Below are positions 12,571 through 24,899 of a DNA stretch of 64,000 bases, piece after piece. A model generated the notes under the pieces. It had not been told where the DNA came from and did no database searches. It saw only the letters and a list, made by a program, of their open reading frames with translations. The position numbers and the translations under genes are program-made. Position 1 is the stretch's first letter. Each line of letters begins with the position of its first letter. This DNA comes from Octopus sinensis (Eukaryota). The stretch spans positions 48,980,001 through 49,044,000 of the forward strand of contig NC_043006.1 in assembly GCF_006345805.1 (NCBI RefSeq), given 5' to 3'.

Positions 12571-13047
12571 AAGGTGAGCACTGGTGTTAAACCCTCATGA
12601 CATATTAGGTCTACCACCCAAGGATAAGGAACACACCTTCCAAAGGATTCCATAAAGCTTCTGTCTACTAAAGTCCACAAAGCTATGGTGGATCCTCAGT
12701 TATATTAGAAGAAACGTGCCTAAGGTGCTATGCAGTTATCTGTAGACAGAGTGCTTTTAAAACTTTAGTATTTGAAAGCAGACAAAAACTATCAGTAAAT
12801 CTAATCTTTCTATTCTCTTTACAAACTAGTAAAAGAAAAAGTCTAACAAAAAATGAAATGGAAAAAAATTTTAAATTGTAGTTTCCATTTTAAAAAATAT
12901 AATAAAATATGAAACACAAGTTTGAAATACAATTTCTATAAAAAAAAAAAAAAAAACACAATGGAACATTAAATAGAAAACTGAAATATCTGAGAAATGC
13001 TTTTCTCTGCTTTCATCAAAAATACTTTTATTATTGCTAAAAAAACT

Positions 13048-13265
13048 AAGGCGGCAAGCTGGCAGAATCATTAGCATGCCAGACAAAAGGGTTAGAGGTA
13101 TTTCATCCATTGCTACGTCCTGAGTTTAAATTCCACCAAGGTCGACTTTGCCTTTCATCTTTTCGGGATCGATAAAATAAGTACCAGTTGAACACTAGAG
13201 TCGATATAATTGACTTGTACCCACCTTCCCCAAGCTGCCCTTGTGGCAAAAAAGATTTTGAAATA
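13048..13265 (+). mobile_element. SINE group C
   Basis: aggcggcaagctggcagaatc head; gtcgactttgcctttcatc domain. Confidence 0.85.
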
Positions 13266-13344
13266 ATTATTGCTAGAAACCCTGTTAGAAATACCAACTT
13301 AGAAAGAGATTTTGTGTGGCTATGTGGTAAATAGCTAGGTGTAG

Positions 13345-13700
13345 GAGAGGCTGTGTGATAAGTGGCTTGCTTACCAACCACATGGTTCTGGGTTCAGTCC
13401 CACTGCATGGCACCTATTAGCTTCAGATCAACCAAAGCCTTGTGAGTAGATTTGGTAGACGGAAACTGAAAGAAGCCTGTCATATATGTGTGTGTGTCTG
13501 TGCTTGTTCCCCACTCCATCGCTTGACAACCAATGCTGGTGTGTTTACGTCCCCATCACTTAGTGGTTTAGCAAAAGAGAACAATCGAATAAGTACTAGG
13601 CTTACAATGAATAAGTCCTGGGGTTGGTTTGTTCGACTAAAGGCAGTGCTCCAGCATGGCCACAGTCAAATGACTGAAACAAATAGAAGAATAAAAGAAT
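13345..13700 (+). mobile_element. CORE-type SINE (group A)
   Basis: Colinear with 7150-7542, with an internal deletion. Confidence 0.85.
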
Positions 13701-13889
13701 ATTGTATATTATCAAGATGGCAAGCTGGCAGAATCATGGACACATCAGACAAAATGCTTCACAGAGTCTCTTCCAGCTTTACATTCTGAGTTCAAATTCT
13801 TCCAAGGTCAACTTTGCCGTTCATTGCCTATTAGCAAATTGTTCTCTCTTGCACGCTATCTCTAATTCAAACCTATATTTTTGAAATGA

Positions 13890-14235
13890 AGAATTTTATA
13901 TTATGTAAATGTCAAAGTGGTGTGCTCATCTTTGTTGTTGCTTTCATTATGTTTTGGCTGTGTGTGTTCCAGCTTTCTTCAAATGTCTTGCGATTCACCT
14001 TAGTTCCTGGTCTGAGATTGAACTCGCGACTTCTAGGTGACTGTACTACCTACAGGTATACCACAGTGGATAAAGGAACTGGTTAATGCAGTGCTGGCAC
14101 CTAGAAATTCTGAGTTCGATCCCAGGCAATGCAAGATGTCTGAATAAGGCTGGAATGTACACAGCTGAAATGTAGTGAAAGCAACTATCAAAATGGAAGA
14201 CACCACTCCATCTAAGACATGATACATCCAAATTC
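13890..14235. mobile_element. Diverged fold-back element; each arm has a tRNA-like B-box and a hammerhead-like core
   Basis: The arms align as inverted repeats about a centre near 14060; arm consensus GAGTTCRATC..CTGAAGA-A-GGCTG-loop-CAGCC-GAAA-CGTA. Confidence 0.65.
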
Positions 14236-15593
14236 TCTTGCACTTAACTTTTCATTTAGCTCATTTGTGCTCCATTATTTTCCAATCAGATGCGAATTTG
14301 TGCCGCAGCGAGAAATCACTATCTGTTATTCCACACTGTATGCTATATAGCCTGTTGAGTTTAAATTATAAGGAGTTAATCAACAATGGCAAAATCTCTA
14401 CCTTCCAGTAAAGCATTGTCTTATAGGAGCCAATGAGAGAAGGAGATTCTCAACCATTGTCTCTTATCTATGGACCCCTTTAGGTTATAGTGTTTAGTTA
14501 CACCACCGGAAGTTGTTGTTGTTGACAAACAACAGCAGTAAATTTATTCTGCTGAATACACGTTGTTGATTGGTTGAAATTACTGAAATACAACAACTTT
14601 AACACGAAATAACTTTGTAAATATAAAGTTTTCTCAAAAACTGCTAAGTTAAGAGGCCACAAAGAAACCAACACCAGTTCTAGAGTGGTGATGAGGGACA
14701 AACATAACATAAAGGTACACACAGTGGGCTTCCTTACAGTTTCCATCAACAAAATTCACTCACAGCACAAGGTGCCATACAGTGGGACTGAACCTGAAAG
14801 CACGTGGTTGCAAAATGAGTATCTGCACCTAGATAGATTATGTCTAAAAAATTTTGTTTTTAATAAAAAAAAAAAAATAAAAGACAGTGAGGAATGCTTT
14901 TGATCACAGGTTTTATTAGATTGCAGTTGACCTAGGGCTAAATAGCATTATCATTCAATTTCCATTTTTTTTCTTTTTCTTTTTTTCTTTCTTTCAGCAG
15001 CAAATAAAATCAGAATGACATTTTAAATTTACTGTTCTCTTAATATTTATATACCAGTCAAGTTTGTTCTTTATTGAGTTGGCAGTTTCCAGCTTTGACA
15101 TCCTAAATTGGTAATGCGGGTTTAGCTGTTTGCACCTACCCTACTTAAAAGCAAATGAAAAATAGAAAAAAAAAAGTCAGTTGCTTTATTAGCTTTCTGA
15201 ATCACTTCTTGAATAACTTATGTGAATGACCTCTCACAGATGATTGATGGAATTCTAAGTTTGTTTTCCATAATGAGGTTGACAATTGCTGTTTTATGGT
15301 AATATATCATATTTCCTCTTTTCCTATGATAGAACAATGACAGTAGATCAAATTCCGCCCCCAACTCCATCCGTAAGCTTAAGCTCATACAGTTTTAACA
15401 TTGTAACCAATTCAAAAACTTTCCTGTCCAATATAGTTTGAGGGTTTTTGGGTCTTTTTGATACTATGAAAGAGATGAAGTTCAGATAATAATTTCACAG
15501 TTTATGAAATTAAGTGTCAATAATTAAAAATACACAATCAAATATTGAACTATAACTATCACAACTTATTTTTAGTCAGTATAGTTCCTTATG

Positions 15594-15620
<27 letters not shown>

Positions 15621-15625
<5 letters not shown>

Positions 15626-15905
15626 GTAAATGTAATATGTGACAATTATTCGGTAGCCATGATAAAACTCCGAATTCTGGATGTCAGGGTGGAAATCCAT
15701 GCCGCCATCTCTTCAGTTATCCAGCCATCCGATGGCCAGATAACTGAAGAGATGGCCGCATGGATTTCCACCCTGACATCCAAAACTCAGGAGTTTTATC
15801 ATGGCTATCGAATAATTGTCACATATTACATTTACAGATAAATTCCTCTATTTACATAATATCGAGGTCTCTTTCATTCTTTTGTTGTCTTACCACTTTT
15901 ATCAG
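15621..15905. mobile_element. Near-perfect 220-bp palindrome (15621-15840) with a one-sided extension, embedded in (TA)n; probable Penelope-like inverted terminus
   Basis: tatctgtaaatgtaatatgtgac...gtcacatattacatttacagata, centre at 15730; each arm contains GATAA-CTGAAGA...GAG-TT-TTATC. Confidence 0.75.
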
Positions 15906-15980
15906 TATATATATATACATACACAAGTGAATGGGCAAAAATAAAATGAAGCACTCAATACATTTAGTAGGAGTTACATA

Positions 15981-16150
15981 TATTATTACTTAAAAGAGTT
16001 TGATTTAGTCCAAAATGTCTGGTAGACTCCTCATAGGAATCTAGCTTACTGAGCTCAGATGGCTATCTGAGCCCAATGAGCTAAGTTCCTGAAACAAGCC
16101 TATGAAGTTAAGTTGCATGGAGATAAATCACATTGTTTTAAATAATAATA
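15981..16150. repeat. Diverged ~170-bp palindrome
   Basis: ggaatctagcttactgagctcagat-ggct-atctgagcccaatgagctaagttcc at the centre; the outer tattatta..tgattta segments also pair. Confidence 0.7.
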
Positions 16151-16166
16151 ATAATAATAATAATAA

Positions 16167-16197
<31 letters not shown>

Positions 16198-16439
16198 TAT
16201 ATATTTCAAAGAATGGAGTTAAATGATAATCATTTCATCATCTTTCTATAATCAATCTTTCATAAGACGGTAATCATGCTGGCATCTATCGATCAATTTT
16301 CACATACTTTGTTGGGTTTCTTTTATAACAAACACATGATTCTTCAGAATTTCATAAAAAGTAATATCTAGTAAATAAAAAGGAATGGATAGCTCAAAAC
16401 ATTACTACACACATTTCAATAGTGTTGTTTCATTTCTTT

Positions 16440-17200
16440 CTAGCCTTTGCAAATCCTCTGCATTCAGAACCTACATTTCACTATAATGCAACACCACACT
16501 TCATATATAAGCATCATACAATCTACTCTCTACACTGAGAGAAAAACTTTTTTCTGTTACCAGCATAGGTAAATGCACTCAGACCTTTTTCTATTCCATT
16601 CTTATTCTGGATACTATATTTTCCATAGCCAATTAGATTGCCTTCGTAACAGAAGCTATCAACTACCTTTTGAGAGCCATCAGCACAGTTTCAAGAAACT
16701 ATTTAGAATGTACTTTTAATGTTTATTACTTCTGAGCATCTGTCACATACTAAGCCTGCTGTCTCTATTAGCCTCCTTGTGATTCCTCTACAACTTTGTG
16801 CATTCATAGTTTCAACCTACACCTTTTCTGCACTTCAAGTACAACCATTCCACTGATAGTATCAATATTTTTTTCCTTGTTTCCTTACTAAGGCTTTATT
16901 TGTCTCATGACTGACCTGAGTCAGTAATTTCCTTTCTTTCATACATTTCCTTCACTCTCATAGTAGTTGACAATGATGCTGCAAACCAATCAATGGGTTT
17001 GAAACCTTTTTGCACCACCATATGACTTTTCAAGTGACTAGCTAAAGCCCAACTCCATCAGACATTTCCAGCTTCTCTGCTTTTACTCCTAATGGATCAG
17101 ATACCTTCCTTGCCTTCATATCCCTAACCTTTAGCATACTTAATCAAATAATGTCGTTGTATGAGTTTTCTCCCCTGTAGCTGCAGCTGCATTGTGTCAC
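16440..17200 (-). mobile_element. Decayed RTE LINE RT fragment
   Basis: Minus translation includes VVDSFCY, SRIRM, FSLSVESRLYDAY; homologous to 56750-57010. Confidence 0.7.
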
Positions 17201-17869
17201 ATTGAGAGGGGAGAAAACACAGCAACATGATTCACCTTAAGTGTGCTAAAAGTTAATTGATATATCATCATCATTCTCCTCACCATGCTTGTATAGTCAA
17301 ATGAAACTTGTTGAGGCAGATCTTACTATGGCTGAAAATTCTTTCTATCTCCGAACCATGGATTCTGAAGCAAACTTCTTAACCACATACACACATACAC
17401 TATACACACAAACACACACACACACCACCACCATCACCACCACATTACATATACGTACCCACACATTACATTACATACACATTACATTACACATACAAAC
17501 ATATTTCTTAGACATGGTCTCTCTTTCATCATTAAGATGCAGGTTTAGACTTGAAACACCAATCAAGTATCTATTGTTATTACTTAAACCATGGTCACTC
17601 CACTTTCACTTTATTCTAAAGAAGAACAGTATAATAGTCACTACTTATCTAGAATACACTTAGATTTTTTCCCCATTGGTGGGAAAATTAGTTGTGCATA
17701 CATCACTAGACATGGTCTCTCTTTAGTCATTACAGTATAGGCTTCAATGAAAAACATTAGTTATGTTGTTGTCATTGTTGTTATGCTAACCATGGCCATT
17801 TTGCTGTCTATTTACTTCAAAGAAGAGTGGTGTTCAGTAACCTATTATATATGTGTGTGTTGTGTGAAG

Positions 17870-18420
17870 CAGATATGGTTGTGGGTTTTTTTTCAGTCCC
17901 ACTGTGCGACACAATGGACAAGTGACTTCTACAACAGCCTTGGGCCTACCAAAGCCTTGTGACTAGCTTTGGTAGACAGAAACTGAAAGGTGGAAAGCTG
18001 GCAGAAACTTTAGCACACCGGGCGAAATGCTTAACAGTATTTTGTCTACTGCTACATTCTGAGTTCAAATTCCGCCGAGGTCGACTTTGCCTTTCATCCT
18101 TTCAGGGTCAATTAAATAAGTACCAGTTATGCACTGGGGTCGATATAATCGACTTAATCCGTTTGTCTGTCCTTGTTTGTCCTCTCTGTGTTTAGCCCCT
18201 TGTGGGTAGTAAAGAAATAGGTATTTTGTCTGCTGCTACGTTCAAATTCCACCGAGGTCGACTTTGCCTTTCATCCTTTTGGGGTCGATAAATTAAGTAC
18301 GAGTTATGCACTGGGGTCGATGTAAATGACTTAATCCCTTTGTCTGTCCTTGTTTGTCCCTTCTGTGTTTAGCCCCTTGTGGGTAGTAAAGAAATAAGAA
18401 ACTGAAAGAAGCCCATCCTA
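17870..18420 (+). mobile_element. Group A SINE interrupted by an internally duplicated group C SINE (17990-18396)
   Basis: TSD agaaactgaaag at 17978-17989 and 18397-18408; the insert has two ~180-bp tandem units. Confidence 0.85.
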
Positions 18421-18429
18421 TATGTCAGT

Positions 18430-18845
18430 GTCACATAACTGGCATGCAAAAGACACCTTTCAGGTGTTGAGCCTCACAGCGGCAGTGTGGCTGATGCTGG
18501 TGTTGCATAACTATCACCCATGCTGGTGGCACATAAAAGGCACCTTTCAAGTATTGGGCTTCACAGAGGCAATGACAAATGACCAAGATCTTTGGCAATA
18601 TGCCGTGCTTGAGAAGAAAACCCATCAAGCCAAGTGAAATCATAGTTATGGTAGATACTGGTGTTACACAACTGGCACCTATGCTGGTGGCACGAAAAAA
18701 TTACACTCTTAGAGTGGTTGGCATTAAGGAGGGCATCCAGCCATACCAACCATGCAGCCCCTCAGCTTACCAACCTCAGTCAAACCATCCAACCCATGTC
18801 AACATGGACAACAGACATTAAACGCCGCCGCCGCCGTCGCCAACC
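18430..18845 (+). mobile_element. RTE LINE 3' end
   Basis: LGFTEAMTNDQDLWQYAVLEKKT C-terminus followed by the 3' UTR. Confidence 0.8.
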
Positions 18846-20104
18846 ATGATTCTGCCACCACCGATGATGCACCAACTGGTGCTAGTTTGTTTATAGCACC
18901 ATAACTTAGTAGTTTGGAAAAAGAGGCCAATAAAATAAATGCCAGCTCTGGAAAATAAATACTGGGGTGAATTTGTTCAACTAAACTCTTTAAAGTGGTG
19001 CTCCACCATGGCCACAGTCAAATGACTGAAACAAGTAAAAGAGTTTTTATGTTATGTCACAGATTACAATCCATCAATATATGTGATCCAAGTCACCTGG
19101 TTATGTTATTCTTTAACTTAAATATGCGAGACATTCTACAAACTTTTTTTTTTACTGTTTGGTCAGAAAGGGAAGGACAGCACCATGACCATTTACATTT
19201 CTCTTCGAGGCCATCAAGACTACTAGAATGAAGGGAGTAAATTATCCTCAAACCAGACATCTGGCCCAAATACTTGCAACTGAATGGACTCCACTGAAGG
19301 CATCCAAAGATCAGGTAGTGGTGACAGAATGGCCCCTGTTAAAGGCATCCAATGATCAGTCAATAGTAACAAAGTAGCACCTGCTAAAAACATCCAAAGA
19401 TCAGCTGGTGGTGGTGTTAACCCAGGTAATGAATTAAGACCTTAGAACGCCCAAGACCTCAAAACACAGAGAAGTATAACAAACACTCAAAGACATCCAG
19501 ATCAATACCCAAACAATTCTGCTAGAGACCACTACCCTGGGTCAATCAGTACATTATTTTATCAACTCCAAAAATGACAAAAGTAAAGTTAACCTTGGCC
19601 TGTTTTGAAGCCAGAGTACAAAGAGCCAGATCAAATACCATAAAAAACGTTTTGTCCTAAGCTGTAACAACTGCTAATTTACCACCCAGGCATTCTATTA
19701 AAATCCATACATAAAGTATATAAGGTCAAAATGAAGTAAGCTTCATTTGTTGCCAACAAAATGCTAAACATTCCACAGAACACCCCAGTATTCTGTAAAA
19801 TACCTCCGTTTAACACAATGTCGGTTAACACGTCAAACATCCTGCAACACAAGGCCCAGTCCTCTTACAAGTTGTTTGGAATGTCAGTGTTTTGTAGAGT
19901 TTCATACATAAAGAAGTATGTATGTATGTATATATGTATGTATGTATGCATGCATGCATGGATGAATGGATGGATGGACAGAAGGATGAATGGATAGATG
20001 TATAAAAGTTTCTTGTAAAAAAAATCTATCAAATAAATTTCATATAATATCAACTACTGGATTTGTCTAACTTCAATGAACATGTTATAAAAATTAGTAA
20101 AAAG

Positions 20105-20106
<2 letters not shown>

Positions 20107-20158
<52 letters not shown>

Positions 20159-20183
20159 TAATAATAATAATAATGATAATAAT
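20107..20183. repeat. (TAA)n microsatellite
   Basis: Directly visible. Confidence 0.95.
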
Positions 20184-20535
20184 AAGAGCACTCAGAGAGC
20201 ACAAACCTCTGCCAAGGCAACACCAACATCCTCTCAACAATTAGCCAGAGATGATTTTTAAAGTGAGAATATATGAAACAAACTTGACTGCTCTCACAAA
20301 CGAGAATAGTAAAAATGAACTCAACCACGCTCAAATATTAAGTAAAAAAAACAGAAAAGCAATCCAGAATCCTTGTCTGGTACCGGATCGATCCCAATTT
20401 TCTAATCATTTTGTGCCAGTTACGAGGCCAAACATCCCTGAAAGTTTCATCTGAATCCATCCAGCAGTTCTTGAAATATTTTGTCCACAAACAAACAAAC
20501 ACGACTGAAAACAATACGTCTGCCTTCACTACTCT
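20183..20535. mobile_element. Probable Helentron-associated non-autonomous element (HINE-like)
   Basis: Begins aagagcactcagagagcacaaacctctgccaagg and ends acaaacaaacac...aacaatacgtctgccttc; resembles recalled HINE termini with an ACCTCCGCCAAGG subterminal repeat; the 3' hairpin is degraded. Confidence 0.45.
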
Positions 20536-20619
20536 GATCAAACAGGTAGTCATGATGGGTATACTGGGCTTCGTATATTTTACTGCTCTCTCACTCAACA
20601 ATAATAATACTGTTAACTA

Positions 20620-21190
20620 TAGGAACAAGGCCTGAAACTTGGGGTAAGGGGACTAGTCGATTATATTGACTCTAGTACTCAACTGGTACTCAATTTATCG
20701 ACCCTGAAAGGATGAAAGGCAAAGTCGACCTCAGCAGAATTTGAACTCAGAATGTAGCAACAGGTGAAATACCACTAAGCATTTTGTCCAGTGTGCTAAC
20801 AATTCTGCCAGCTCGCAGGCACCAAGGCCTGGAATTTGAGGAGAGGGACTAGTCAGTTACTTGACTGGTATTTATTTCATTGACCCCAGAAGGATGAAAG
20901 ACAAAGTCCACCTTGGAGGAATTCAAACTCAGAACATAAAGACGGACAAAATCCTGCTAAACATTTTGCCCAGCATGCTAACGATTCTGCCATCTTGCCA
21001 ACTTGGTTTCAAATTTTGGCACACGACCAGCAATTTGAGGAGAGGGACACATTGATTACACTGACCCTAGTGCTCAACTGATACTTATTTTATTGACCCC
21101 AATGGGATGAAAAGTAAAGTCGACCTCAGTGGAATTTGAACTCAGAACGTGAAGACAAGCAAAATGTCATTAAGCATTTCAACTGGCATA
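20620..21190 (-). mobile_element. Head-to-tail array of 3 group C SINEs
   Basis: gatgaaag.caaagtc.acct...gaatt..aactcagaa recurs at ~20710, 20893 and 21106. Confidence 0.85.
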
Positions 21191-21558
21191 CTCTTTTACT
21201 CTTTTACTTGTTTCAGTCATTTGACTGTGGCCATGCTGGAGCACCGCCTTTTGTCGAACAAATCGACCCCAGGACTTATTCTTTGTAAGCCTAGTACTTA
21301 TTCTATCGGTCTCTTTTGCCAAACCACTAAATTACGGGGACGTAAACACACCAACATCAGTTGTCGAGCAATGTTGGGAGGACAAACACACACACACACA
21401 TACGACAGGCTTCTTTCAGTTTCCGTCTACCAAATCCACTCACAAGGCTTTGGTTGGTCTGAAGCTATAGTAGGAGACACTTGCCCAAGGTGCCACGCAG
21501 TGGAACTGAACCTGGAACCATGCGGTTCGTAAGCAAGCTACTTACCACACAGCCACTC
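21191..21558 (-). mobile_element. Full-length CORE-type SINE (group A)
   Basis: Reverse complement of 7150-7542. Confidence 0.9.
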
Positions 21559-21564
21559 ACAAGG

Positions 21565-21740
21565 GATCTGGAACATGCAACAAAAGTGGATGAAAGGGGA
21601 TGCGCTAAAAATAACTGAAGGCAGAATACAGAAACAGAGCTGAAAAAGGAAGGATTCAACTGGAGAGAAGAAAAGATAACCCAAAAGTGAGAAAAATGGA
21701 GGAAAGTTTTGAAAGAAATAGGGAGCGAAGGGCTTAAGTG
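21565..21740 (+). mobile_element. LINE C-terminal remnant
   Basis: N*RQNTETELKKEGFNWREEKITQK*EKWRKV resembles WRRTxExELxxxGxxW...AQDRxxWR. Confidence 0.55.
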
Positions 21741-21794
21741 AGAAAGATATAATATTAGTCATATTAACCTCACATCAACAATAAGGGTAATTAC

Positions 21795-21871
21795 TTGAGA
21801 AAGATCACCATCTGTTCCGCTGGTCATGTGAACATTTTGGAAATACTAACTATCCTGAAGTTTATGAGAGA
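21795..21871 (-). other. Candidate exon (77 nt)
   Basis: Minus strand: long (TTTC)n tract-tgatttag|TCTCTC...TCTCAA|gtaatt; unique sequence; no through-open frame, internal ATG gives MTSGTDGDLSQ. Confidence 0.25.
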
Positions 21872-22986
21872 CTAAATCAGAAAGAAAGAAAGAAAGGAAG
21901 AAGGAAAGATGAAAGAAAGAAAAAAGAAGGAAGTTATAAAAAAAAAAAGAAAAACAGATTCCTAACAATTGATGTTACTAACAGTAAAATGGGAATATCA
22001 ATTTGCACAGAAGATGAATCTTTAACAAATAAAAAAAAAAGAAAGAAAGAAAGAAAGAAAAATGAAAACAATTACTAACAAAGATACGAAAAACAAAATA
22101 GCAATATATAGGAAATTCTGTTGATTTTGGAAGGTCAGATATCCAATTATCTGTTTTAAAATTATGGTCTGTCAAAATTGGTTTGACTAGAAGGCATTTC
22201 TTTCTAGTTATTGAGAAAGTGAATTTATTAGTATTCTCATTTTAATGTCTGCTTATATGACATATTACAAGGATTGTATAGCTGTGCTGAACCATCTATC
22301 ATAGTACTATTTATGCATGTATAATCCAAAAAATGTTGTACTAGAATAAAAGTTCAAAATAAATAGAGGTGAGGGTAGGAAGCTGAGGCAAATTATACTA
22401 AGGTGGGACATTAATTATCTGCTATGTACTTATAATCTTTTGTTTTTCTCCTTCTGCCTGTTGGTGGGAAAATTAGCTGTGCATGCTTCACTAGACATGA
22501 TCCTAGTTACTACAATGCAGGTTTTAACTTGAAACATCAGTTACGTTGTTGTCGCGCTAACCATAGCCAAAGCTGTTGTGGATGATTACATACTCAGATC
22601 CATAACTAATTTGCATATTGTTTGTCCCGTTGTTGACAGTAACCCATCTGTGCAATAAAACCCTATAACAGACTGGTTCAGTGTTTGTCACAGCATGAAA
22701 TAAGGTCACGCATCTGGCTACTTCTTGATGTGTAACACTTGCGTGACCATTTTTTAAAATTCTCGTTTTTTTGGGTTTTTTTTAAATTCTATTTGTAAGC
22801 AATCTGTAAGGAGGAGTAAGTCGATTACCTCAATCATTAGCTGGTACTTATTTTATCAACCCTGAAAAGATGAAAGGCGAAGTTGGCCTCAGCAGAATTT
22901 GAACTCAGGACATAAAGACAGACGAAATTGCCACTAAGCTTTTTGCCTGGCAAGCTAATGATTCTGCCAGCTCACCACCTTACTTC

Positions 22987-23033
<47 letters not shown>

Positions 23034-24495
23034 CTTTTCTGCTATAGCCGCAAAACCTGAAATTTTGGGAAGAGGAGCTAGTCAATTACATCAACCCTAG
23101 TGCTTGACTGATCCTTATTTTATTGACCCCAAAAGGATAAAAGACAAAGTTGACCTTGACAGTGTGCTGATTTCATAGATTGCTTTCATCATTGAGAAAA
23201 AATTTTTTAAATAATAAAAAATTTCAAAGAATTTATTTCTCTCATTGATTTCTGATAAACTTTTATACAATAATAAGCACACACACACAGAGTACATATA
23301 AGCTACTTGTGCAAGAATATCTCTTTTTGAATATTTGAGTCTATCATCACTTTTCCTAAAATAAAAAGGAAAATGCTATTTTCCTTTATGGCCATTCAGA
23401 TGTTAAAATGTATCATTTATCACATCATTTAACACCCATTGTAACGAAAGGCATCTACAGATCTTTATGCAAATCAACATTCATAAACCACCCAACTCTT
23501 TCTTATACATATTCTGATGTTTCTTTTACAAAGTTTCTCCCTTAAATAACTGCTATGTGTTTGTAAATTAAGCTTCCTTATCAATGTATGTGATTGCTTG
23601 TCTTTTGTTTCAGATTTCAGACACTAAACCCATTATCTCTGTATAAACACAACATTAGCCATTCTTCCAAATAATTTATTGTACAAGCAGTGAGAGAGTC
23701 TGTTACTCTGACTGAATAATAATTCTTTGCTGTTTCTAAAATCAAGAAGATTCCCAATGGAAGAATTATTGACCACATGCAATAATAATATTAGAAATAG
23801 TTTCAACTGTTGCTATTGAGATTTGCTTTCTTAGACTGTCTCTCCTCGTCTATCCATCCCACTGCCTGTCTCAATGTAGTTCTCTGAACCCCCCCCCCCC
23901 CCCCGGGAGACTGTGTCTGTGATCATGAACCTATGACAGTACATGTCAGCAGTGACATGTCACAGGAGGTGAGATATTAAATGACGTGTGGATAGATTTA
24001 TAGACTTTCAATAAAGAACAAAATAAAAATCTCCTTGCAATATCATTTTATATATAATAAGCTTATCTATAAGTATTCATCTAAAACTAAAATACATGTA
24101 AAATGACACTTTAATAATAGGATTATTAAAGAAATTAATATTTTGATGTGCTAAGCTAAAAAACAATAAAAGTAGGTTTGCCATTGGGCTCTATGTAGTT
24201 GCTCATGCTATTAGAAATAGCAGTCATATATGCCTCAAATCGCACCCGTCCTGCTTAAACAAAGCAGTATACATTGGATAACATTGTCATCCCTGATATA
24301 TTAAATAGACAGGAAGGTCATGGCCAGAATGGCTTTGATCAAAGCTTACTTCTTGATCAAGGCTGATTAGATGCAAAGCAGTAAGTACAGTTGACCCTCG
24401 CTCATGAAATGTTCCCCACTTAACTAATTAAGGACAACAAAATAGCAAAAAATATTTGAGTAGCTGATAAAATACCTGACAGTATTCAGTTAATT

Positions 24496-24882
24496 GTGGA
24501 GGCGCAATGGCCCAGTGGTTAGGGCAGTGGACTCGCGGTCATAGGATCGCGGTTTCAATTCCCAGACCGGGCGTTGTGAGTGTTTATTGAGCGAAAACAC
24601 CTAAAGCTCTACGAGGCTCCGGCAGGGGATGGTGGTGATCCCTGCTGTACTCTTTCACCACAACTTTCTCTCACTCTTACTTCCTATTTCTGTTGTACCT
24701 GTATTTCAAAGAGCCGGCCTTGTCACTCTCTGCGTCACGCTGAATATCCCCGAGAACTACGTTAAGGGTGCACGTGTCTGTGGAGTGCTCAGCCACTTGC
24801 ACGTTAATTTCACGAGCAGGCTGTTCCGTTGATTCGGATCAACCGGAACCCTCGTCGTCGTAACCGACGGAGTGCTTCCCTA
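24496..24882 (+). mobile_element. Young tRNA-derived SINE (group B variant, tail type 2) with TSD
   Basis: A box tggcccagtgg, B box ggtttcaattcc, CpG-rich, perfect 12-bp TSD attcagttaatt (24484-24495 and 24883-24894). Confidence 0.92.
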
Positions 24883-24899
24883 ATTCAGTTAATTAATGG

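Noticed and set aside
15545-15841. 98-aa ORF across the palindrome
   Set aside because: It spans (TA)n and both arms of the hairpin and has no protein-family signature
24498-24575. tRNA gene-like sequence
   Set aside because: It is the head of a TSD-flanked SINE; no convincing cloverleaf or terminator
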